Source of the DNA: Tubiluchus corallicola
Lineage: Eukaryota; Animalia; Priapulida
Direction of reading: 5' to 3'
DNA length: 45,738 bases
Assembly (NCBI GenBank): GCA_030141605.1
Contig: JAQGDQ010001347.1
Location: 1-45,738, forward strand
Positions within the stretch are counted from its first letter, which is position 1. Every line of letters starts with the position of its first letter. Below the pieces are notes generated by a model, which made no database searches, had not been told where the DNA came from, and saw nothing but the letters and a program-made list of their open reading frames with translations. The translations under genes and the position numbers were made by a program. Below are positions 20,698 to 32,600 of the stretch, in pieces.

Positions 20698-23600
20698 GAT
20701 ATTTTGTTTCTGAAAATCAAATTTCCAACAGGAAAATTACAAACTCGACGCATACCCCATGGTTTTATCAGCGGGCGGAGCTCGGGTAATGATTTCCAGA
20801 TCATACTAACAATTTGACTCAACATAGCTGCACAAGGTATATACACAGATATACAAATTTACTTGTAAACTCTATGAAGCAAAAAAAACTATTTACTAAG
20901 CATTTGTACACATGTGATAAACAAATATTTTACCTATATGATAATCACAGTGATGCGGTTATATGTCCGCTAACAAAGCTATACTATTTAATTCACAAAT
21001 CTATGCATACAGTCGTAAATGAAATTTCCAATCGACAATAATTCTCCATCAAATAAGTTTGCAATATTACTATAATTTAACGCGTACAGTGATCAATAAA
21101 GTGCATTTTCATGGCACTCGCACAAAAAATGCTCTTCTGTCTGAATTTGTTTACAAAGACACAGCTACTGTACTTCTTGCATGCAGCGTATTATGGTTTC
21201 CTTTCCTTTCGTCAGTGAATGGCCGCCCAACTGCTGAATTGTGTGTATACAGCAACGGGTGTTAGTGAAACCTCTAAATTCTGTCTCTGAAGAGTTTATT
21301 TTAAAATTTATTTTTAAATTTGTTTTCATTTTCTAGTTGTTTTAGTTAACATAAACTTTATAATAGCTTATTATATAACAAACCTGTGTATTTTGTGCTA
21401 TTTTCACTATAACTTAATCTATAATTTTATCAAAGTGTGGTTTCTTATTGTGTTAGGCATTTTATTATGAACTCGATGCTCGTACGCCTATTAATTTAAT
21501 ATTTTCTAATTATAGCTACTATGTTAACTGCAGTAAACAACAATAAGACCCATGTATAATGCTGTTTAAAAAATCATTATTATTATTATTATTATTATTT
21601 CTATTTTTTATTATTATTGTTGTTTTTGTTGTTATTGTTGTTGTTGGCATCCTTCTGTCTCGGAAGACAATGGAATATGTGCCAAGAGAGTCCAAGAGAT
21701 CCTTGAACGTTTTCAGGGCGCACGCCTGGGCAAGGTGTATGGAGATCCTGAGTTGCCCTGTAGTCTAAACGAAAGCTGAGCGATACGTTTGGCACCAGGT
21801 TGGCTGCAGGAGCTGCCGGAGTCAGTGAGCATGCTGCACTGGTCCGCCCTTGGGGCTCCACTCCTGATTTGGAAGGTTTACTCCTCTACACATGGCCGTT
21901 GGGTCACTTGACCTCCTCTGCCCTCTAGCCGTTGGCTGTTTGTGCAGCTCCTCCGCCTAGTGTCGAGATGAGATACAGTGTGGGCATCCCACAAGCCTAC
22001 AGCACCTGGTATTCCTCGGCGGTCACCCATTCAAATACTAAACAGGCTCTACATTGCTTAACTTCGGTGATCAGACGCGAACCGGTGTTTTCAACGTGAT
22101 TTGGCCGTTAAAATTATATAAGTACTTAATTATTTCTCAAAAGCAAATGGAATATCATTTCAACATGTGTGTCTTGAACTTTAGCTAAAAATTGGGCTCT
22201 TACTTGAAATAACACTTTGTTTTGGCATTCTCTGGAGTAAGACTCATCTAAGTAAATCTTAATATGTGTGCTTGCATACCAAAACTGTCTGTACATCGGC
22301 ATTGTTAAAACTACATTATGATGCTTCAAAGTAGAATGACCCAAAAATTAGGTCAAATTTCAGTTTTTCATATTTTTATAAAAACCAACACTAAATATAT
22401 TGGACTTTTGTATTCTTGCATCAAATTATCAAGAAAGTGTTCAAAAACATTAAAAATTTAATTTTATAACTCCTTACCCACTTCTTTGACTAGAAACTAG
22501 TACTGCAATTGTAAAAAATTTCTATTTTCAACCTCTGGTAGTAGCTCCTTTTGGATCATTTTGATAGCAAATGATATTTGCTATGGCCTTCCTCACTTCA
22601 TGGCAATGATCTGGGCTTGGCAATAGAAAAAACCAGAAGCAAAATCACGCCCTCGAGGATCAGAGTATCAGAGTTTGAAAATAGGAATTTTTTACAGTCG
22701 CAGTACTAGTTTCTAGACAGAAAAGTGGGTAGGGAGTTATATAATGGAGATTCAGGATATGTGAATAACTAAAAAAGGCTTAATTGCCGACTTACGAACA
22801 ATTTTGCTACGCAAGCAGACATGTTGAAAATAAAGTTATCTGTTTTCGCAAAAATTAGAGCCTACAAAATTTCAAGGCCCACGAATTACAGGCCCTGTGA
22901 AAGTTGTAACTGTATATTTTAGGTGCTGCCATCTATTGATTAGTTACTTTAACATTTTGCTAGTTAAACTCACCCTTAGTACAATTGCTCAGTCCAGTGA
23001 ATATGCAAACTCACTGTATCTCCCCTATTTTACTGTAATGGGATATGTGAAGCCACGTTTTTGCATAGTTCTCTGCCTATATAAACTGGCTAGATTTCAC
23101 TTCTAGCCACTGTCTAATTCTTCGTGATCAGTGCAGGACACTCTGGTCCTCAGTGTAGTTTAGCTGTCATGTTACATATAACTATGTAGTGTAATAAAAG
23201 TGTTTCAGTTTTTGTGCAAACATGTAATATGGTGTTTAGTTGTTTTCTACAAGTGTTCAGTTCAACTTCATAACTAACTTTCACAGGCCCAGAATCTGGT
23301 AATTCTGGTTCCCAGAAATAAGCGAATTTACTTTCAGAAATTCCGAATTATTTTCAGAAAAGAACACAGCTGTACCAACAAAATCTTCATAATGTCCAGT
23401 GAACACTTGATTACCAACTTGAATAACTGGCTGCGACGTGTCCAAACCCTGTAATAATAATGATTATTGATTGGTAAAACAAACAAAAACAAAAACAAGT
23501 GTTAAAAACTGACCAGTGCCGGCTGGTGTATAGGTACATGTATATTAAACACCAAACATAACACATCACTCTATGCGCACATCAGTTGTGAATTTTACGA

Positions 23601-26600
23601 TTTCTTTTCTCAAGTTTGTTGCAAACCAAGCAGACATTGAAGCACGCCATCTGTTGAGCGCTGACTTAACTGCAGGCGAAGTGAACTACAATTCTCTTAC
23701 AAGTGCCGGCCACTGTTTGGCTGTTTTCCACTCCAGGACAAAATCTGTTCTACCAGAAGTCAAGTAAGTGAATGTTAACACCACCTGGCAATGTACCTGA
23801 CACATGCCTCACCACCTGGCAATGTACCTGACACATGCCTCACCACCTGGCAATGTACCTGACACATGCCTCACCACCTGGCAATGTACCTGACACATGC
23901 CTCACCACCTGGCAATGTACCTGACACATGCCTCACCACCTGGCAATGTACCTGACACATGCCTCACCACCTGGCAATGTACCTGACACATGCCTCACCA
24001 CCTGGCAATGTACCTGACACATGCCTCACCACTTGGCAATGTACCTGACACATGCCGCACCACCTGGCAATGTACCTGACACATGCCTCACCACCTGGCA
24101 ATGTACCTGACACATGCCTCACCACCTGGCAATGTACCTGACACATGTCTCACCACCTGGCAATGTACCTGACACATGCCTCGCCACCTGGCAATGTACC
24201 TGACACGTGCCTCACCACTTGGCAAGTACCTGACACGTGCCTCACCACCTGGCAATGTACCTGACACATGCCTCACCACCTGGCAATGTACCTGACACAT
24301 GTCTCACCACCTGGCAATGTACCTGACACATGCCTCGCCACCTGGCAATGTACCTGACACGTGCCTCACCACTTGGCAAGTACCTGACACATGCCTCACC
24401 ACCTGGCAATGTACCTGACACATGCCTCACCACCTGGCAATGTACCTGACACATGTCTCACCACCTGGCAATGTACCTGACACATTCCTCACCACCTGGC
24501 AATGTACCTGACACATTCCTCACCACCTAGCAATGTACCTGACACATGCCTCACCACCTGGCAATGTACCTGACACATGCCTCACCACTTGGCAATGTAC
24601 CTGACACATTCCTCACCATCTAGCAATGTACCTGACACATGCCTCACCACCTGGCAATGTACCTGACACATGCCTCACCACTTGGCAATGTACCTGACAC
24701 ATGCCTCACCACTTGGCAATGTACCTGACACATGCCTCACCACTTGGTAAGTACCTGACACATGCCTCACCACCTGGCAATGTACCTGACACATGCCTCA
24801 CCACCTGGCAATGTACCTGACACATGCCTCACCACCTGGCAATGTACCTGACACATTCCTCACCACCTAGCAATGTACCCGACACGTGCCTCACCACCTG
24901 GCAATGTACCTGACACATGCCTCACCACCTGGCAATGTACCCGACACATGCCTCACCACTTGGCAATGTACCTGACACATTCCTCACCACCTAGCAATGT
25001 ACCTGACACATGCCTCACCACCTGGCAATGTACCTGACACATGCCTCGCCACCTGGCAATGTACCTGACACATGCCTCACCACCTAGCAATGTACCTGAT
25101 ACATGCCTCACCACCTAGCAATGTGCCTGACACATGCCTCACCACCTAACAATGTGCCTGACACATGCCTCACCACCTGGCAATGTACCTGACACATGCC
25201 TCACCACCTGGCAATGTACCTGACACATGCCTCACCACCTAGCAATGTACCTGACACATGCCGCACCACCTGGCAATGTACCTGACACATGCCTCACCAC
25301 CTGGCAATGTACCTGACACATGTCTCACCACCTAGCAATGTACCTGATACATGCCTCACCACCTAGCAATGTGCCTGACACATGCCTCACCACCTAACAA
25401 TGTGCCTGACACATGCCTCACCACCTAGCAATGTACCTGATACATGCCTCACCACCTAGCAATGTACCTGATACATGCCTCACCACCTAGCAATGTGCCT
25501 GACACATGCCTCACCACCTGGCAATGTACCTGACACATGCCTCGCCACCTGGCAATGTACCTGACACATGCCTCACCACCTGGCAATGTACCTGACACAT
25601 GCCTCACCACTTGGCAAGTACCTGACACATGTCTCACCACTTGGCAAGTATCTGACACATGTCTCACCACCAGGCAATGTACTTGACACATGCCTCACCA
25701 CCTGACACATGCCTCACCACCTGGCAATGTACCTGACACATGCCTCACCACCTGGCAATGTACCTGACACATGCCTCACCACCTGGCAATGTACCTGACA
25801 CATGCCTCACCACCTGGCAATGTACTTGACACATGCCTCACCACCTGGCAGTGTACCTGACACATGCCTCACCACCTGGCAATGTACCTGACACATGCCT
25901 CACCACCTGGCAGTGTACCTGACACATGCCTCACCACCTGGCAATGTACCTGACACATGCCTCACCACCTGGCAATGTACCTGACACATGCCTCACCACC
26001 TGGCAGTGTACCTGACACATGCCTCACCACCTAGCAATGTACCTGACACATGCCGCACCACCTGGCAATGTACCTGACACATGCCTCACCACCTGGCAAT
26101 GTACCTGAAACATGCCTCTCCACCTGGCAATGTACCTGACACATGCCTCACCACCTGGCAGTGTACCTGACACATGCCTCACCACCTGGCAATGTACCTG
26201 ACACATGCCTCACCACCTGGCAATGTACCTGACACATGCCTCGCCACCTGGCAATGTACCTGACACATGCCTCACCACCTGGCAATGTACCTGACACATG
26301 CCTCACCACCTGGCAATGTACCTGACACATGCCTCACCACCTGGCAATGTACCTGACACATGCCTCATCACCTGGCAATGTACCTGACACATGCCTCACC
26401 ACCTGGCAATGTACCTGACACATGTCTCACCACCTGGCAATGTACCTGACACATGTCTCACTAAAGGTACTAAATATGATATTTGTGAGCTTGCACAGCA
26501 AAATCGTTCATAAGTGGGCAATTAAGCTTTTCTAGTTATTCACATATTCTAAATCTCCATTTCATGAGGATCATTTTGATACCAAGTTCATCGCTCTGTG

Positions 26601-29600
26601 TTAATTCTAAGCTGAGATAATCCATGTTGAAGTTGAGGTGCAGGTTGCACACAGAAAAACTTAACCTTGAGAAAATCGCTGTTAAAGTCAGCCATTGTTT
26701 TTGTCACATTTCTACAAAACACTTAGCAACAGGACAAATGTTGGTTGCTACGGACCTACAGTTATGCTTAAATCCAATAGATGGATCTTCCTGATGGAGA
26801 TCTGGGCTTGGCAACAGAAAAAACCTGAAGCAAAATGACAGCTTCTGTGAGATAATACAAGTTTTTTACATTTACATTTCTATTTTCTAGAGAGAAAAGT
26901 GGGTAAGGAGTTATAAAATTAAATTTTTAGTTTTTTTTGAAGACTTGACAATTTGATGCTAGAATATAAAAGTCCAATACGGTTGGCATTTATTTTTTAT
27001 AAAAAAACTAGAAATTGACATTTGACCAAATTTTTGGGTCATTCTACTTTGAATCATCATAACGTAGTTTTAACTCTGCTTACTTATGGATGGTTTTGGT
27101 TTGCAAGCAACACATTTGTCTGGCTTCGATTATTTTCCTGGTATTTTACTTGTACATTGCAAAATCACTAGCTGTTCTCTAGTGCATTTAGCTGGGCCTT
27201 GTTGTGCAATGAGTTAGTTTTTCAAAGACCAGCACTGTTGTGTGTTTTTTTGCTTCATTGTGCTTCAAACTCTTAGACAACTTAAGCTTATAAAAATTAC
27301 AGAGAAGCGTTTGAAACCGATCCGGAGAGAGTTGCCGTAAAGACAACGTTGCAAAACCGAGCTTTCGCCAACCCGCTGAGTCACGAAGATCGTACTGCTT
27401 TTCCGGCAAGTTTTTGGTTAACCTTCTGTAGAGTGACAGAGTGTAAACATATATCTATGAGCTGATTAGTTAGGACAAAGACATCTTGCGTACAGCAACA
27501 TGTTATACAACAAACTAGAGGAACATGTCTGTCTCGCCTCAATAAGCCTCAATTTTCGCAGTTTCGCTGTGCGCACGCACAATTGCACTAGGTCAATGGT
27601 TAAGTGTACCAATGTCAACGCGTTTTAACTACAACCGTCATGTGACATGAATAAATCAAAGCCGTGCACCACCTCAGTTCAGGAACTACAATTGTTTTAC
27701 ATGGACTTTACTTAATTATGCCTTAGTCTGTGTGTAGAGTGATTTACTAGCAGGATCTTGCTTGGGAACAAGAAAAAATGAACTAGGCAAGGTTCTAGCT
27801 AGCTGTTAAAACTGTTACTATTACAATAGCATGGGCTGCGAGGCGTTGTCAAGTGTACACAAATGCATTGTCTGGTGCAATTAACCTTTGACCTTTTCGA
27901 GATCATCATCAATCACTGGAACTGTGAAAAGGCTTATTTTGCAACCTTATTCCTTATTAAATTCTAAAAAAATTACTTGTGTACGTTAAAATTTACAATA
28001 ACGGCCTTGTTAAAGCGTAAGATAATGCAGTTCATAAATAAAGCTTAAAAATTCATCTTGAAATTTTACATCACTTGTATGCTGTCTCATTGCATCACAT
28101 AAAAATTTTAAATTTAGACTACCGTGATGACCTCTAACCTCAGCCATTTTGAAGTGAGTCATTTGAAACAAGTTTAGATAATATTGTGCAAACTTTGGAC
28201 AAATAGTCAAAGCATATCTAAATCATTTGATCATGTCAATAAGATTAAATAATGCATTTTTGGTAAACCAGGGCAGATTATATTCTATTATATTTGGTCA
28301 AATGTCAATTTTTTGCTTTTTTTATCAAATCAAATACTAAATATCTTGGACTTCTATATTCTAGCCTCAAATTATCAAGAAAAAGTCAAAAAATACTAAA
28401 AATGTAATTTTATAACCCCGTACTCACGTGTTTAACTAGAAACTAGTACTGCAACTGTAAAAAACTTGTATTTTCAAACTCCGCTTCAGTTTTTTCTCCT
28501 TGACAAGCCCAGATCTTCGTCAGGAAGAGCCATCTACTGGATTTAAACATAACTTCAATGTGCTCTTACAAAGTCCATAGCAACCAACATTCATACAGTT
28601 GCTAAGTGTATTGTAGAAACGCGACAAAAACAATGGCTGACTTTAACAGCGATTTTCTCAAGATTATGTTTTTCACTGCGCAGCCTGCACCTCAACTTCA
28701 ACGTGAATTATCTCAGCTTAGAAATAACATAGAGCGATGAACTTGGTATCAAAATGATCCTCATGAAATGGAGATTCAGGATACGTAAATAACTAGAAAG
28801 GCTTAAACGCCGACTTATGGACGATTTTGCTTTGCAAGCAACACAGACGCAGATTTAGGAAAAATAGATGAAAACACGGTGCGGTTAATAGAAGATGTTG
28901 CCGCTGATTTTAATTTTATTTCTGTAGAATCTAACAGAAACAGCAAATTTGCTGGAAAAGTTGGAACAAGTCGCAGCTCCACACGGGGATGTATCCTGGT
29001 CAGGTTTGAAAGAAGAATTTCAGGACGGTATGGACAACGTCCTACATGGACAATTTACAGCAAACTCTATACTCATCGAAGCAGCAGAACCAGTAAAGGT
29101 GGTGTTATTGGTTAATTATTTAATTAATAAAAATCAATTAATCTTAAAATTTACAAGAAAACACTTTGCATGAATAATACTTTAAAATTTCGTCTTCATA
29201 TTGCATACAGAGCTTGCATTAGCAGTATTCATTAGTCATTTTTGAAAAAATAGTATGTTTCCTTCTAATATAATAGACTGTTTTGATTCATAGTTTAAGA
29301 TTGGGTCTTATGGTTTGCTTTAAGCAAAAAGTCGATTTTGTGGAAATATTTTAATATATTTAAAAATCCTCTGCAGTGTTTTATAAGGCACCATCTTACA
29401 ATTCTGCATTTTTATTTTCCGTATTTTCATGTAACATTTATGTTCTACCGCAGATGTGTGGCACTCCAATTACTTGGAAAATGTTTAGTCATAAACTAAG
29501 TGTTGTCCTGTATGCAATTTTGGTACATTTTTAACATACAGTCAACCTAGGATGTAAGGGACACCTCCGGAACGGAAAAAATCGTCCCTTATATCTGATG

Positions 29601-32600
29601 TTGAAGTTGAGTCAGACCGGGGGTGTACCTAAGTTGTACCTAAACCTGTACCTTTCTGTACTTTTACCCATATTTTTATGGATTATTGCTACACATTCAG
29701 TGCAAACGGCATGTAGGAAGCTCCTTCAGCGATGCGAGATGTATGAGACCATAGAAACCGGGCTGTTCGAAGGCCGAGTTTGCTAAAAATTTGAGGTTAA
29801 AAATCGATCAATTTCGCTTTGATCAGAGGGTCCCTTATATGTGAGGTAATTTATCTGGGTTTCTATTACGCGGGACCTGAAGATATCGTCCCTTATAACC
29901 GAAAGTCCCTTATATCCGTGCACCTTATATACGAAGATTTTTATAAGGGAAAACGTTACAAAAAATCAGTTGACTGTAATAGCAACTCGCTTATTCATTT
30001 GAGTTATTTTTAGATATTGATACGTTGATTGATAGATTGATAGATTTTAACTTTGCCTTTACAGATTACAAATTGGGGTAGTCTCTGTGTAGGTCCAAGC
30101 AGCTATGATCTAGCGAGTCTGCTCTCCGATTTATTCATTGCTTACTATAACCATGAGAGCGTTGGTAACCGGGAGACCACATACAGAGCTATCGAGGGAG
30201 TTCGAATATTCGGTAAGGTTACAAAACATGGGAAGTTAACAGGGTATTTTATTCCCGTGCCGTAAGTACATTTGTTACAGTATCATTAGTAATTGCAGAA
30301 TATCAAATGCATAATATTCTAGACTCATAACAGAAGTGTGCGTAGTATAAAAATATATGATTCATATGAAAACTTACGTAGGTTCAAAAAATATGCCGTA
30401 AGTACATTTGTTGCAGTATCAATAGTAACAGCAGAATATAAAAAAAATGCATAACATTCTAGACTCATAACAGAAGTGTGCATAGTATAAAAATATATGA
30501 TTCATATGGAAACTTACGTAGGTTCAAAAAGTACTAGAATTTACTATTTGTCATAAATATCACCATTTCGATATAAATAATTATATAAAAAAAATTCTGG
30601 CCTCTGCTTGTCTGCGTAGAATTACACTGCCATAAGCTTCACCTTTCCAAGACCTTTTCCAGAATGCACCTGGAATATCTGTACTCGATTAAGCATTTTC
30701 TTTTTGTCAGAGTTTGAGTTGTGAAAGAGCCTTTTCTTAATTGCATTCGAGGAATAAAGCATTGCTTTACTAATGACTAACCTCTCACTTAGTTTTTAAA
30801 ATTACATAAATGTGTGCTTGCGTGCACCGTGAGTGAGTGTGTGTGTGCGCGTGCGTGTGTGTGTGTTTGTGCATGTTTGTGTGTGTGTGTGTGTGCGTGC
30901 ACTCACGTGTGTGCATGTGTGTGTGAGTGCGGGCGTTGTGTGTGTGCATTTGTAATAAAGATGTATATATATATCTTTATTACAAAAATTATACACTAGT
31001 GCAGAGCAAAACAATTTACATATAAATACGTAACTCATAAAAATCAGTGTGTAAGCAGCCATTGACAGTGACAGACAGATGTAAGCAAATGTGTCAGTTA
31101 GTGTAAGTTAAAAATCATAAGAATAAAAACATTAAAATACTATGTTACATATGTACACACATTTATATACATGAATAAAAAAATATGTGAATTAATACGA
31201 TAATTATTATTGACAATAATACAGATACAATGAATGATAAGCTGAAATATTTACAAAATGTTGGCATGCATCTGACTAAGAATGAAGTATGAGATGTGAG
31301 AGAGATGTATGAGACATTGTAATTCACAGTGTGTACTTTGCACTGCATATTTTTTCTCCTCTTTTCAAGTGAATGCTTACTTGGACTCTACGCCTGCTGA
31401 AAACCGGCCACCAGAGGGCAGTGCATTCTTCCATCAGTTGGCAGGATTCACTGGAATTCGTTTAATAAACCGGTATGGCGACCATATTTTTTCGTAGTTC
31501 CATCTTTGCTCTGTAGACACAAAATGCAAAGAGTAAAGAGGACCTGTTAAACTATGTTAAAAGCGTTAGATTATAATAGATAATTATGTTGATGAATGCT
31601 GACATGAAGCCCAGTAAAGGTGTGGTGTCACATGAGCAAGTGATTCAGGATCGGTGCACAAGATATAAGCCTTGTGATGCGCCCAGCTCAGAGGATTGAG
31701 TCTGGGAGCTGAAGGAGAGGAAGCTAGATCAGGGGGCTTGGCATTACTATCTGTTATATTTATTGTGTTTGATGTCTAATAAACGTGTAGTTTTATAATC
31801 TGACTCTTCATAGTTTTGCCATCTCTAAATCATCAATAATAAGCTATATACAACCAATACAACGAATTATTTTACTCAAAATTGCTTGCGGTATATCTAA
31901 AAATACCAGTTTTTGGTAAAGACTTGGTCAAAGGTCAAAGGTCAAACACCCACACAGTTTGATAAAGACTGCTGTTTTATAATGATCGGCTATGTATATT
32001 ATGTGCACTCGTATCTCGGCTTGCTGGAGCTCGCTTTTACGGATAGCGGAAGAATCGGACAAAATGTGGTCCGTTAGAAAGTCCTGCATAACGGCCCATT
32101 GTTTTGCGAGCTGACCGCTAGTACGTGGGCCGTCAGTTTGTTTACATCTGTGTAAACACGTGTATATCTCTATGTATAAAAATATAAAAATATAGAATCA
32201 ATTGTGCGGATTTATCTGAGTTAAATGTTGTCAGTTTTTATATACTTTTTCATTGGAGTGGCCAGTACTAGATGTTTTTGAGACAATTAGGTGATCGATT
32301 CTACATCACCGTGAGTCTAATACACGATGCCTACTGTATTAGCTTAGTGTTGGCAAATATGGACAATCGGCAAATTCGGACAGTTTTGTTGTGCTCACGT
32401 GGTCAAACATCAAGTGTACCACAGCAACACGTTTTAACTATAATCTATAACTAAATGTGCATAAAAGAAAGCTGTCTGCCGTGTCAGTTTAGTAACTTCA
32501 ATTGTTTCACGCAGACTACTTAATTATGCATTAATCTGTGCGTAGAGTGATTTACTAGCAGGATCTTGCTTGAGAACAAGAAAAAATGAACAAGGCAAGG

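Noticed and set aside
21993-22108. Functional 5S rRNA gene
   Set aside because: 5'-truncated, several substitutions, no terminator, fused to a SINE-like body, single copy here.
21993-23448. Functional link between the 5S-derived SINE and the nearby TFIIIC-subunit exon
   Set aside because: Proximity only; SINEs are dispersed and nothing in the sequence supports coupling.
23701-23784. Minus-strand exon VVLTFTYLTSGRTDFVLEWKTAKQWPAL|gtaaga as the upstream GTF3C6 exon
   Set aside because: Overlaps a well-supported plus-strand coding exon and the similarity is weak.
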